Shown here piece after piece: positions 40,268-50,241 of a stretch of 64,000 nt of DNA. The notes beneath the pieces were generated by a model. The model was given only the letters and a program-made list of their open reading frames with translations. It did not search any database and was not told the DNA's origin. Every line of letters begins with the position of its first letter. Position 1 is the stretch's first letter. The translations under genes and the position numbers were made by a program. The stretch is taken from assembly GCA_965219455.1 (NCBI GenBank), contig OZ244744.1, positions 512,001 through 576,000 on the forward strand. Reading direction: 5' to 3'. The stretch is from Candidatus Latescibacterota bacterium (lineage in GTDB: Bacteria; Latescibacterota; UBA2968; GCA-2709665).

Positions 40268-41953
40268 TCAGGGTTGTTTCCGGGCGATATCGATGTTGAC
40301 CTCGAACGCGCTTGCGGGCACGGATATGCCCCAGTTCTCCAGAACTTCCGGATGGAATTCTCCGATAATGCCATAGCTCTTCCCGTCCACCCGGATCTCG
40401 CCCGCCCTCCCCGGCAGGAAGGTGGGATGCTCCCACGGCGTGAGGCTGTAATCAAATCCGAGGTAGTAGGCCAGCGCTTCGAGGTGGCTCTGAATCCCCG
40501 ATAGATTGGCTTCGGCGTGGGCTTCCAACGCGGAGAGTCGAATTTCGGTCCGGGTCCCATAGAGGTCGTCCGGCGCAATGACGGAGACCTCGCCCACTTC
40601 GAAGACGTGGTGGGGATAGAGGGCTTTTCGGCTGGCCCCCTCCACCCGGAGCAGCCCGGGCAGCAGGGCGTTGCGAACCGCACTGTAGTTCTCGGACATG
40701 GGGTTGGAGATCTCGACAATCACGGCGTCCGCGGCGCGCATGCGCACCGTCAGGTCAACGCTTGAGGAAAGAATGGGCAGGAAGAGTTCCTGGAATCCGC
40801 AGCCCACCATCAGGCCGCGGATGCGGTCGGCGAGGTCTTCGTCGGGCGCGGATTTGCCCACGGTAAAGTCATGCGGCATTTCGGGCTCGAAATGGTCGAA
40901 GCCCACGGCCACGATGACGTCTTCGATGAGGTCCACGGGATGAAGGACGTCGTCCCGGTATGGCGCCGGCCGCGCCCGGACACGGGTGCGGCCGAGCACG
41001 ATGTCCCGGTACCCCATGGCGGCCAGGGCGCCTTCGACGCTTCCGTTGTCGATGCCGCCGCCGATGACACGCCTCAAGTCGTCCAGCTCGACCTCAACCG
41101 ATTCCGTCATATCCAGAGGGCATTGGATTTCTCGCCCGCGCGGCGTATCGTATGGATAGATCGTGTTTACGGGCAGGATGCGGCCGCCGCGGTCCGCCAT
41201 GTTGGCGGCCATAATGGAAACGGAAAGCAGCACGGCGTCGAGCTCGGTGCCGGTGGCCTCACAGAAGAGAAACGTATCGCCGACCTCCACCTCGCCCGGG
41301 TTCCGGCTGTTGATCACGGGAGGCATGGAGAGGACTTTGCCCATGCTGTCGGTGATGAGCGGATACTTGTCCATGTCTTCGAGTAGATGCGCATACGTTT
41401 CACCGGTGGGGTGCTCGCTCATGATATCCCGAAGCGTCAACTCGGTTTCCATCCCCAGGGGGACAAAGCGGGCGGCGTCCGGATCGGCGGCGGCGTATTG
41501 GATAGGAAAGGCGATGTCGGAAGCGTCGTAAATGCCGATGGCCACGGTGCTTCGACCACGCCCGTATCCCTCCGCCAGTTTTTCCTGGGCTTCGATGAGT
41601 TGCTCGAGGGCCGCTTCGTCCACCGAAATCCCGTCACATGCGAAGGCGGCGACGTAGGGCCGGATACCTTTCAGTGCAGGGTCGACGTACAGTTCGAGTT
41701 CCGCCACGGGATCCTCGAAAAAAGTATAGAACGCGTGCCGGCCGTTCCGATGGCCCTTGAGCAGCCGGGCGACCCCTTCGGACGACCAGAGGTCCGGCCG
41801 GTTGGTATCCTTCAACTGGATCCTCAATCGGGATTCGTCCTCGACTTTAACCTCGGCTTTGACGGCCTCGAGGGCGCGTTCGAGTTCGGGCAGGTCGTAG
41901 GTATGACCGGCGAGTCGCTCGAGGTCTTTTCTGATGACGGTGATGGTGGGCAT
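40268..41953 (-). CDS. pheT: phenylalanine--tRNA ligase beta subunit, archaeal/spirochaete type
   Basis: 561 aa; MPTITV, NRPDLWSSEG, RPYVA, VLSMPPVINS, YRDDVLHPVDLIED, GEFHPEVL; no OB or FDX-ACB domain. Confidence 0.92.
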   Translation of the reverse strand: MPTITVIRKDLERLAGHTYDLPELERALEAVKAEVKVEDESRLRIQLKDTNRPDLWSSEGVARLLKGHRNGRHAFYTFFEDPVAELELYVDPALKGIRPYVAAFACDGISVDEAALEQLIEAQEKLAEGYGRGRSTVAIGIYDASDIAFPIQYAAADPDAARFVPLGMETELTLRDIMSEHPTGETYAHLLEDMDKYPLITDSMGKVLSMPPVINSRNPGEVEVGDTFLFCEATGTELDAVLLSVSIMAANMADRGGRILPVNTIYPYDTPRGREIQCPLDMTESVEVELDDLRRVIGGGIDNGSVEGALAAMGYRDIVLGRTRVRARPAPYRDDVLHPVDLIEDVIVAVGFDHFEPEMPHDFTVGKSAPDEDLADRIRGLMVGCGFQELFLPILSSSVDLTVRMRAADAVIVEISNPMSENYSAVRNALLPGLLRVEGASRKALYPHHVFEVGEVSVIAPDDLYGTRTEIRLSALEAHAEANLSGIQSHLEALAYYLGFDYSLTPWEHPTFLPGRAGEIRVDGKSYGIIGEFHPEVLENWGISVPASAFEVNIDIARKQP

Positions 41954-41994
41954 GCGTGCTCCTTCATCCGTACGCGGGGGATCCACTTCAGTCG

Positions 41995-43581
41995 TTACGT
42001 TGCCGTCGGCCTGTTTTCTCGTTCGTTTCGGATCAGGTCCAGGTCCGTGCTGAAGAGGTCGCGGATATCGTCAATTCCCAGGGCCACCATCGCCATACGG
42101 TCAATGCCCAGACCCCATGCAATGACGGGAACATCGACGCCGAGGGGGCGCGTGAGTTCGGGCCGGAAAAGGCCCGCGCCGCCGAATTCGATCCAGCCCA
42201 ACGAGGGGTGCCTGGCCTGAAGTTCTACCGAGGGCTCCGTGAACGGGAAATAATCCGGCACAAACCGACATTCCTCCGACTGCGCGATTTCCAGCGCGAA
42301 GAGCTTGAGCAGACCGAGCAGACTCCGGAAGTTGATGGTCTCACCCAGCACGATACCCTCCACCTGAAAAAAGTCCGCCGCATGGGTAGCGTCGACGTCG
42401 TCGTACCGGAAGCAGCGCGCCACGGCGAAATATTTCCCCGGGATATTCGGGCCGGACGCAAGCGTTCGGGCCGACAGCGCGGTACCCTGGCTGCGCAGGA
42501 TGAGACGGCGGGCGCGTCCCGGGCTGAATTCGTATCGCCAGCCGCGGGAGCCCGTGTCGCCACCGTTGGCGTGGGCCGCGGCCACGTTCGAAAAGAAGGG
42601 TTCTTCGATCGCTTTCGAACGGGTGGGTTCCTTTACGAAATAGGCGTCGTGGATATTTCGCGCGGCGTGGAACTGCGGCATGAACAGGGCATCCATGTTC
42701 CAGAATTCGGTTTCCACCAGGGGACCCTTCATTTCTTCAAAGCCCAGGGAGAGCAGTTTGCGCCGAACGCCGTCGAGATAGGCCCGGTAGGGGTGGTGGC
42801 GGCCGATTAGAATTCGCGGGGGTTTGATGCTGATGTCGTAACGGCGGAACGAGACGTTCTTCCAGTCGCCGGACTGGAGCATTTCCGGCGTCAGGCGGGA
42901 GACCTCTTCGCCGGTCAGCCTGGTTTCCAGAATGCGGCGAAGCGTCCGGACGCCCGACGGTGTGAGTTTGTACCTGCGCTCCAGGCGTTCGTCCACGCGG
43001 ACGGCTGCTTTGCCCTTGCCGCGTTTGCTCGTTTTTTGCCGGATATAGGTCTGTATTTCTTCTGTGAAGTCTGCGAGATTCAGGACGGCCTCGTCGCCGG
43101 CCTCCTGGAAGCGATGAAAAAGCCCGGGCATGAGCCTTTTCGTATAGAACGCGGCTTTTTCGGGATTGTCGATGCGGATGGCGGCGCCCTCCTGCCGGAT
43201 CGTGCCTTCGGCCTTCAGCCCACCGAAGGCACTGCCCCATTCTCCGCGATCGAAGCGCGTGTCTGCCTGGAGATCCTTGAGTGTGGGTGCGGGGTCTTTT
43301 CCTGCCCGCGTCAAAAGCGCGACTTCCGGCGTGGCGCCGATGCCGGCCTGGGCGACCCCCGATTCGGTGAGGCTGACGGTTGAGACCGAGGCTTCAGCGG
43401 CGACCTCGAGCAGGTTTTTGGAACGCAGCCATTCCACGGCGCGCCGGATCTGGCCGGGGCCGATGCCCGCGGCTTCCGGCAGGACGGCGTCGGCGATTTC
43501 GTGGTCCTCACCGCGTTCGAAGGCGCGCAACGTCTTGATTTCGAGGGCGTGAAGAGACGAAAGGTCGATCGGTTGATTCAC
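41995..43581 (-). CDS. pheS: phenylalanine--tRNA ligase alpha subunit, archaeal/spirochaete type
   Basis: 528 aa with long N-terminal extension; FWNMDALFMPQFHAAR, DATH, FPFTEPS, GAGLFRPE, AWGLGIDR. Confidence 0.93.
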   Translation of the reverse strand: MNQPIDLSSLHALEIKTLRAFERGEDHEIADAVLPEAAGIGPGQIRRAVEWLRSKNLLEVAAEASVSTVSLTESGVAQAGIGATPEVALLTRAGKDPAPTLKDLQADTRFDRGEWGSAFGGLKAEGTIRQEGAAIRIDNPEKAAFYTKRLMPGLFHRFQEAGDEAVLNLADFTEEIQTYIRQKTSKRGKGKAAVRVDERLERRYKLTPSGVRTLRRILETRLTGEEVSRLTPEMLQSGDWKNVSFRRYDISIKPPRILIGRHHPYRAYLDGVRRKLLSLGFEEMKGPLVETEFWNMDALFMPQFHAARNIHDAYFVKEPTRSKAIEEPFFSNVAAAHANGGDTGSRGWRYEFSPGRARRLILRSQGTALSARTLASGPNIPGKYFAVARCFRYDDVDATHAADFFQVEGIVLGETINFRSLLGLLKLFALEIAQSEECRFVPDYFPFTEPSVELQARHPSLGWIEFGGAGLFRPELTRPLGVDVPVIAWGLGIDRMAMVALGIDDIRDLFSTDLDLIRNERENRPTAT

Positions 43582-43654
43582 TCGAATACTCCCTGGAATT
43601 GGGCGTCCGAAACTGGCGGACGTTGATGCGGCACAGGGTTTGGCACCCCCCGGC

Positions 43655-43978
43655 AAAAAAAAACCTTTCATCCCCTTAGGGACGAAAGGACGTGATATCT
43701 TCCGCGGTACCACCCTATTTGCGCCAGATAAGCGCCGCTTTGCGGGCGGCCATTACCGCCCCTCTCCGTTGTCGGCGAGAGTCACCGGCGCAGCCTACTA
43801 ACGGTTGCCGCGAGATCAGCCACACCTTCTTTCAGACCGGGGACTGAATCCTGCAACCGCATTCAGCGTTGCAGCTCGAGAGGGAACTTCGGCCGTTCAT
43901 GCCGCGAGGGCGCTTTCAGTCCGGGGCGCCCCCTCCCTTTCCGGTTGGGGACGGCTTACTTTCCTCCGTCATTGCTTT
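43655..43978 (-). ncRNA. T-box riboswitch, Phe specifier, transcriptional
   Basis: Stem I with AGTA, AGGGAG and CTGAAAG motifs; GAAG-UUC specifier (43884-43886); T-box AAATAGGGTGGTACCGCGG (43702-43720); terminator with T9 (43655-43689). Confidence 0.9.
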
Positions 43979-43985
43979 GGGTGAG

Positions 43986-44014
43986 ATAATAGGATATCGG
44001 AGGTAATCTGTCAA
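43986..44014 (-). promoter_or_regulatory. sigma-70 promoter of the T-box/pheST leader
   Basis: TTGACA-17 nt-TATTAT just upstream of stem I. Confidence 0.75.
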
Positions 44015-44105
44015 GTGTAAAGGAAGAAACCAGCAAACAGCAGTCAGCATACAGCGCAGACAGCGGCTATATCAATCGACCCATATCCGCGCCTATGTTG
44101 CAATT

Positions 44106-44131
44106 GTAGGGGCAACCCTTGTGGTTGCCCT
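44106..44131 (+). repeat. GTAG-type REP
   Basis: GTAGGGGCAACCCTTGTGGTTGCCCT, identical to 47687-47712. Confidence 0.8.
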
Positions 44132-44224
44132 TGTCTCGTCGCGGTGCCAGCCAAATCCACAGCGCGAATTGAAAATTTGCTATTTGAAACTCCGGATGTG
44201 TATCTTCTTTAAGTACGATTACCG

Positions 44225-47200
44225 ATGAAACCGGTTGTTCGATTCCGATTCCTGCAGGAGCCTTCCGTGAAGGACCGACATGCACTTTTGCCGCGGTTTT
44301 CCATTTCGCGGCCGGTCACGGTGGCCATGTGCCTCGTGGCGCTGCTGGTGATTGGCAGCGTGTCGTACATGAAAATACGCCTGCAGGCCTTTCCTTCCGG
44401 ATGGGAGTGGAAGCGACTGTGGGTATGGGTCGACAGCCGGGACACGTCGCCCAAGGAGAACGACCAGGAAATCTGCCGGCTGTTCGAGACCTACCTGGGA
44501 ACGGTGAAAAATCTCAGGTCAATGCGTACATGGGCCGATAAAGACTGGGCGGATGCCAGTCTGAGGTTCCGCCCGGAGACCGATATGTCTCTGGCCTATA
44601 ACCAGGTAATGGACCGGCTGGACCGCCTGAAACTTGAATTACCCCCCGAGAAACGCGATCGGACAGGGGTATGGAAGTATAACGAAGAGACCGACCAGGA
44701 GATTATATGGATGGGGCTTGCCCCGCCGGCGGGTGTCGACGATATCCAGTCATTTATTGAAAACAAGGTGCAGCGACGTCTCGAACGAATCGACGGGGTG
44801 GCGAAAATCTCTTTCTGGGGGCGTTTCAGGAAGGAGATTATGGTGGTCGTGTTCCAGGAGCGCATGCGTTCGCTGGGCGTTCGACCCGCCGACGTGGTTC
44901 AAGCGTTGCAGGGAGAGAATTTCGCGCTGGCCGGCGGTTACGTACACGAGGGCGGCAAGAAGTATTTTATCCGCTCCCTGGCGCGGTATAAGGATATTGA
45001 TGAGATCCGGCGGATTCCCATCAGACGCTCGAACGGCCTGGGACCCGTCAGTGTGGCCGACGTCGGGGGCGTGCGATTCGGGAGACCGCCGGACCTGGGA
45101 TCGTGGCGAATCAATGGAAAGGAAGCCGTCGGACTGGATGTATACAAGGAGTCCAGCGCCAATGTGGTGGACGTGTCCAGCCTGGTGAAGGAGGAACTGG
45201 AACGGATCGACCGGGAAACCGGCGCGCAGTTCAATGTTATGTGGGACCAGGGAAGGGCGGTGCGGGATTCGATTGACAATATTCGCACGACTGCGATATG
45301 GGGCGCCCTATTTGCCTCCCTGATCCTGCTGTATTTCCTGCGCGCGATCCGGATGACGGCCCTCATCACCCTTTCGATTCCGCTGTGTATCATGATGACG
45401 ATTTCCGTGCTCTATTTTCTGGACTGGTCGCTGAATCTGCTCACGATGATGGGTCTGATGGTGGGGATGGGAATGGTGGTGGACAATGCGATTGTCATTG
45501 TGGAAAACATCTATCGGATGCGCGCAAAGGGAATGGATGTACGCGAGGCGTCCGTTGCCGGAGCCAGCGAGGTGGGCATGGCCATATCGATGGCGACGTT
45601 GACCACGGTTGTGGTTTTTATGCCGCTGATGTTCATGACCGGGGACATCGGGTTGACGTTTGAACTCACCAGGATCGGCATTCCGGTGGTCGTATCGCTG
45701 TTGGGGTCCCTGTTCGTGGCGCTGATCTTCATCCCCCTTGCCGCGAAGTTGCTCGGCAGGCGCGCCGCCACGGAAGATCCGAGGGCGATCCGGTGGCTGC
45801 GCCGCCGATACCACGGCGGTTTGAGATGGATTCTTGCACACCGGCGGGACGCGTCGCTGATCTTCATCATCCTGTTTGTTTCGGTCCTCTATCCGGCGTC
45901 GAACATAAAGAAGACAACCGGGCGCGCCCGTGTGAACAATGAGTTTTATATTCGTTTCACGGCCCCGCCGTTTTTCAAGCGGGCGGAGATGGAGCGGATT
46001 GCTACTCAGATCGAGGATTTCCTGGAAAACAAGCGGGAGACGTATCACATTGAAACGGTGCGGCTGGGTTACTGGCGACAACGCGGCTTTATCCGGGTCT
46101 ATCTAAAAGAAGAGCCGAACCGGGCGTGGTGGCAACAGTTCTACAGGAGCGTTCGAAAGAAGGCCGGTATCCCCGTAAAAGGTCGGATGACGCGGGCGGA
46201 GGTCATCGCCGACGTCAAGAAGCTCATTCCCCGGTTTGTGGGCGTGCGGGTGATGGTACAGACCCGCTGGAGCAGCGATCCCGGCGTTTCGGTCTATCTC
46301 TACGGCGAGGACATCGACGCACTGGCCGGGCTGTCCGAGGCCGTGCGACAACGGGTGGAGGCGATTCCGGACGTCGTGAGCGTGGACACCGACCTGGAGT
46401 TTGCGGAAAAAGAGGTGCAGGTGCTCATCAACAAGGAGCAGGCCCACGCATACGGGATTACGGCCCAGGCCGTGGGCCGTAGCATCTCATATCAATTGCG
46501 TGGCGTCAACCTGGCGCCGTATTACGAGGAGGACCGGAGGATTTCGGTCCGGCTGTTTATGGACGAAGACGACCGCCAGACGCTGGCGCAACTCAAGAGT
46601 TTCCCGTTTCGATCGAAAACCGGGACCCAGATTCCCCTTTCGGCGTTTGCCACGTTCAATATAGCGGACGGCAGTGGCACCATTCGACGTGAGGACGGGA
46701 AGATGCGGATGCGGGTGAGGGCGTACACGACTCAGGAGAATCTGAAAGGGCTGTGGGCCCAGATCGATCGGGCAATGGATAGTTTCGCCATGCCGCGGGG
46801 ATATTCCTGGAACAAGGGAGAGACCTATTCCAGGTTCCGGGAGACCGACGATACGATGTCGTTCGCAATCATGATGGCGATTACCTGCGTATTCCTGCTG
46901 ATGGGCGTGCTGTTCGAGTCGTTCGTTCTGCCGTTTGCGGTGTTGCTGTCAATCCCGTTCGCCTTTCTGGGGGTGTACTGGAGCCTGTTCCTCACGGATA
47001 CCGTGATGGGAAAAATGTCCCAAATGGGCATTATCCTGCTTATCGGCGTGGTGGTGAACAACGCGATCGTGCTGGTGGATATGATCAACCGGCTGAGGGT
47101 GAGCGGCATGAGCCGTGCGGAGGCGATCGAGGAGGCCGGATACAACCGGTTTCGGCCCATTCTGATGACAACCTTCACGACCATCTGCGGATTGTTCCCG

Positions 47201-47404
47201 ATGGCCGCGGGATCGGCGACCATGCTCGGAACGCCCTACGCCCCACTGGGCATCACCATGATCGGCGGGCTGGTTTCATCCACGATATTGACGCTCTTCG
47301 TGGTACCGCTGTTCTATACATATTTGGACGATCTACGCCATTTCCTGAAGGGGTTTGCAGGTACTATTCTCGCTTCGCGAAATGTTGGAAAATCGCGGGA
47401 GTAA
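44225..47404 (+). CDS. RND efflux permease (AcrB/AcrD/AcrF family)
   Basis: RPVTV, GMVVDNAIVIVENI, ATLTTVVVFMP, GVVVNNAIVLVD, RFRPILMTT. Confidence 0.92.
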   Translation: MKPVVRFRFLQEPSVKDRHALLPRFSISRPVTVAMCLVALLVIGSVSYMKIRLQAFPSGWEWKRLWVWVDSRDTSPKENDQEICRLFETYLGTVKNLRSMRTWADKDWADASLRFRPETDMSLAYNQVMDRLDRLKLELPPEKRDRTGVWKYNEETDQEIIWMGLAPPAGVDDIQSFIENKVQRRLERIDGVAKISFWGRFRKEIMVVVFQERMRSLGVRPADVVQALQGENFALAGGYVHEGGKKYFIRSLARYKDIDEIRRIPIRRSNGLGPVSVADVGGVRFGRPPDLGSWRINGKEAVGLDVYKESSANVVDVSSLVKEELERIDRETGAQFNVMWDQGRAVRDSIDNIRTTAIWGALFASLILLYFLRAIRMTALITLSIPLCIMMTISVLYFLDWSLNLLTMMGLMVGMGMVVDNAIVIVENIYRMRAKGMDVREASVAGASEVGMAISMATLTTVVVFMPLMFMTGDIGLTFELTRIGIPVVVSLLGSLFVALIFIPLAAKLLGRRAATEDPRAIRWLRRRYHGGLRWILAHRRDASLIFIILFVSVLYPASNIKKTTGRARVNNEFYIRFTAPPFFKRAEMERIATQIEDFLENKRETYHIETVRLGYWRQRGFIRVYLKEEPNRAWWQQFYRSVRKKAGIPVKGRMTRAEVIADVKKLIPRFVGVRVMVQTRWSSDPGVSVYLYGEDIDALAGLSEAVRQRVEAIPDVVSVDTDLEFAEKEVQVLINKEQAHAYGITAQAVGRSISYQLRGVNLAPYYEEDRRISVRLFMDEDDRQTLAQLKSFPFRSKTGTQIPLSAFATFNIADGSGTIRREDGKMRMRVRAYTTQENLKGLWAQIDRAMDSFAMPRGYSWNKGETYSRFRETDDTMSFAIMMAITCVFLLMGVLFESFVLPFAVLLSIPFAFLGVYWSLFLTDTVMGKMSQMGIILLIGVVVNNAIVLVDMINRLRVSGMSRAEAIEEAGYNRFRPILMTTFTTICGLFPMAAGSATMLGTPYAPLGITMIGGLVSSTILTLFVVPLFYTYLDDLRHFLKGFAGTILASRNVGKSRE

Positions 47405-47515
47405 AGGGTGGTTAACGGAGCCCATGCAGGAACCAGATAAAAGAAGGGTGATGATTGGTTGTGCGATGGATACGCCCATGTATTTCTCGTAAATTATTAT
47501 TATTTATGTTTTTAC

Positions 47516-48010
47516 GCCCTTTTTCTTTCTCGCCAAAGGAAAAGGGCCAAAAAGAACGGCGCCGCTCGGCGCGGGGCCGAGGGTAATACTTGAGGGGTCA
47601 CAAGGCGGGCGGTTCGCGAACCGCCCCTACAAAAATCGGACATCCGTGATATTGAAATCGCCGCGTTACGCACAGCGATGGCATTTGTAGGGGCAACCCT
47701 TGTGGTTGCCCTCGTCGCGGCGCGCATATCGCCGATTGACATCGCCGGTCCGTATCGCCAATCGCCTTCAGTTGACCGCTAATAGCTGCTCATACTCAGG
47801 AAGCCACGCGGGTTACCATCGCAGCACCATCCCAGAGCTCTACCAGAGCAGAGCGCGTGGTTCCGTCCATCGCCTCCGTCTTGGCATCCTCCTTCGCTGG
47901 TAGGGCACCAGAGATCGCGGGTCCACCGGCGATATTTGCGCTATGCATATGGCAGGCCCCGCGCCTGGCGGCGACTTTTGGTTCCTTTTGGTCGCGTCAA
48001 AAGGAACTCG
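47516..48010. repeat. nested REP-like cluster
   Basis: Inverted pair 47516-47578/47955-48010 (GGCCCCGCGCC..GCGGCG..CTTTTGG) enclosing GTAG REPs at 47607-47630 (-) and 47687-47712 (+). Confidence 0.6.
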
Positions 48011-48065
48011 CCGAAGGCAGGGAATCTGGGGAGAAGTGGTTTTTGTAATTTGCTACAATCAAGAG

Positions 48066-48102
48066 AAGAGGGTCGGGATTGAATCCCGACCCTCTTGTTT
48101 TT
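48066..48102. terminator. bidirectional terminator
   Basis: AAGAGGGTCGGGATT/AATCCCGACCCTCTT followed by a T run. Confidence 0.75.
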
Positions 48103-48136
48103 CAATTCAGGCTCTGCGACGCGGCGGTCTGCGTGT

Positions 48137-48502
48137 TTATCCGGGCTTGTCTTCCGGAGGTATGTAGCGGTTGCCCAGGTCCACGTAGTCTTCCCGGACG
48201 GGGCTGAAGATATCCAGCACAACGGCGGGGCCGTCCACCGCGACCGCGCGATGCGGTACATTGGGCGGAATGAGATAGGCGTCGTCCTTCTCAACCGTAC
48301 GGGTGACGTCGCCAATGGTGAGTTCGACCCGACCCTGGAGCATGATGCCGCCCTGCTCGTGCGGATGATGATGCAGCGGCACAACCGCGCCTTCGTCCAT
48401 TTCCAGCAGGGAGATCATGAGATTCTCGCCATAGGGCGCACGGATACGCACGCCGGGCGCCAGTTCGTTAACAGGGATGTCTTTCCAGTCGATGTGCGGC
48501 AT
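48137..48502 (-). CDS. cupin-domain protein
   Basis: PLHHHPHEQ, IPPNVPH, DIFSPVREDY. Confidence 0.85.
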   Translation of the reverse strand: MPHIDWKDIPVNELAPGVRIRAPYGENLMISLLEMDEGAVVPLHHHPHEQGGIMLQGRVELTIGDVTRTVEKDDAYLIPPNVPHRAVAVDGPAVVLDIFSPVREDYVDLGNRYIPPEDKPG

Positions 48503-48670
48503 GCAGAAACTCAAATTCTGGAAATGGAAGTAATATGTTTTTCGCTATTCAAAACTCAATGGAATCCTTTCGACACATATCGACGTTATGTTCATCTAAA
48601 ACAGCAACTTTTCTTCCCGCCCGTTCGGATTCCCGGCCGGTATCACCGGCGCGGTCACGGGCGACAATCC

Positions 48671-49180
48671 CTACCGGCCGGCGCCCGGCCTTTTGCCGCG
48701 GAGATAGTCCCGCAGGATGCCGTGCTTTACCGTTTCGCCAGGAGCGGCATTGGCCTCGGCCTCGATGGCGCCGAAGAGCTTACGAGTCATCATTTTCGAG
48801 ACGCTCAGGTGCAACCGCTGGCCCACCGCCGCAACGGGACCGCCCAGTTGGACGTTGCCGCTGTAAGATACCTGCGTACCCTCGCCCTCGGCGGCGAGAT
48901 CGATACTGCCCTCACCCTTGACGAACCCGGTCTTGCCCTTCGCGTCGACCATCATGCGATAGCATTCGGGAGGGTTCAGGTCTTCCAGGCGAACCGTGCC
49001 GCTGTAACTGCCCTTGATTGGACCGACGCCCGCGTTGATCTCCAATTCGTACATGTTCTCATCGACCCTTTTCAGTTTCCTGGCGCCGGGTATGCACCTG
49101 GCGAGGGCATCGGGATCGGTGAGCATTTCGAAGACCCGTTCCCGCGGCGCGCTGATCGTATGCGTGCCCTGGATTTTCAA
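48671..49180 (-). CDS. coxG: CoxG/SRPBCC accessory protein
   Basis: APRERVF..L.DP..LARCIPG, VGPIKG, GGPVAAVGQR. Confidence 0.85.
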   Translation of the reverse strand: MKIQGTHTISAPRERVFEMLTDPDALARCIPGARKLKRVDENMYELEINAGVGPIKGSYSGTVRLEDLNPPECYRMMVDAKGKTGFVKGEGSIDLAAEGEGTQVSYSGNVQLGGPVAAVGQRLHLSVSKMMTRKLFGAIEAEANAAPGETVKHGILRDYLRGKRPGAGR

Positions 49181-49285
49181 AAGCGCCTCCTCCGCGCTTC
49201 CGGTGGGGTACGTACGCGCAAGCGCGCGCCCGACTTGCGGTTGCGTCGACGGCGCGCTTGCATCGAACCAATGGACTCGGGCTTG

Positions 49286-50152
49286 TCAGGCCGCCCGTTC
49301 CGCGGCCAGGGTGAGCGCCTGGCGGGTAAAGACTCTTGCCAGATGGGCACGATAGTCGCCCGACGCGTGATGGTCTTCCTGGAACTCTTCAACGCCTTCA
49401 GCGGCTTTATCCGCAGCCGCGGAAATGGTCTCGCTGTTCAGCGGCCCCCCCTGGAGCGCGGCTTCAACGGCCGAGGCCCTGTAGGCCACCGGGGATACGC
49501 CCGTGATGCCGATGCCGACCGAGGCGCAGCTGCCGTTGTCCGGCGTAACCTGAGCGGCAACGCCGCAGATGGCGAATCCCGAGGCGGACTGGTGCATCTT
49601 GACGTATGCGCCGCCGGAGTTGGCCGGCGGTGTGGCGACACGGATCCGGGTAAGGATTTCGTCGTCGTCGATGGCGGTGGTGAGCAGATCTTCGAAGAAA
49701 TCGCCGATGGCAACGCTCCGCTCGCCCCCGGGGCCCGAGATGTCGAGTACGGCGTTCAACGCCAGCATCGTGGCGGGCCAGTCCGACGCGGGGTCCGCGT
49801 GGACCAGGCTGCCGCCAACCGTGCCGCGATTGCGCACCTGGACGTCTCCGATGGCCGAGGCGGTTTCCGGGAGCAGGCCGCACCTGGATTTCAGCAGCCG
49901 GTGGCTTTCTACCGCGTAGTGCGTCGCCAGAGCGCCGATCGAGATGGTTTCGTTGCCGGCGACGACCTTCCTCAGACCCGTGATGCCGCCCAGGTCGATG
50001 AGGGTTGCCGGCGCGGCAAACCGCAGTTTCATCAGCGGAATGAGGCTGTGGCCGCCCGCCAGGATCTTCGCGTCGTCTCCGTGTTCCTGAAGCAGGCTGA
50101 GCGCTTTCCTCAGGGTCTTCGGCGCATGATAGTCGAATGGGCTTGGAATCAT
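49286..50152 (-). CDS. coxM: xanthine dehydrogenase family FAD-binding subunit (CoxM-like)
   Basis: AGGHSLIPLMKLR, QVRNRGTVGGS, HADPASD. Confidence 0.88.
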   Translation of the reverse strand: MIPSPFDYHAPKTLRKALSLLQEHGDDAKILAGGHSLIPLMKLRFAAPATLIDLGGITGLRKVVAGNETISIGALATHYAVESHRLLKSRCGLLPETASAIGDVQVRNRGTVGGSLVHADPASDWPATMLALNAVLDISGPGGERSVAIGDFFEDLLTTAIDDDEILTRIRVATPPANSGGAYVKMHQSASGFAICGVAAQVTPDNGSCASVGIGITGVSPVAYRASAVEAALQGGPLNSETISAAADKAAEGVEEFQEDHHASGDYRAHLARVFTRQALTLAAERAA

Positions 50153-50241
50153 TATAATTTCTCCAGGTATCGAAATGTTTGAACGTCCGCGCGCGCGCGT
50201 CATCCGGTCTTCCGTGCCCCCCGATGGGCCGGGAAGACAAC

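Noticed and set aside
43582-43713. N-terminal extension of PheS in the ORF track
   Set aside because: Overlaps the T-box terminator; the RBS supports the GTG at 43581
48095-50182. 695-aa plus-strand ORF
   Set aside because: Antisense to cupin/coxG/coxM; no recognisable domain
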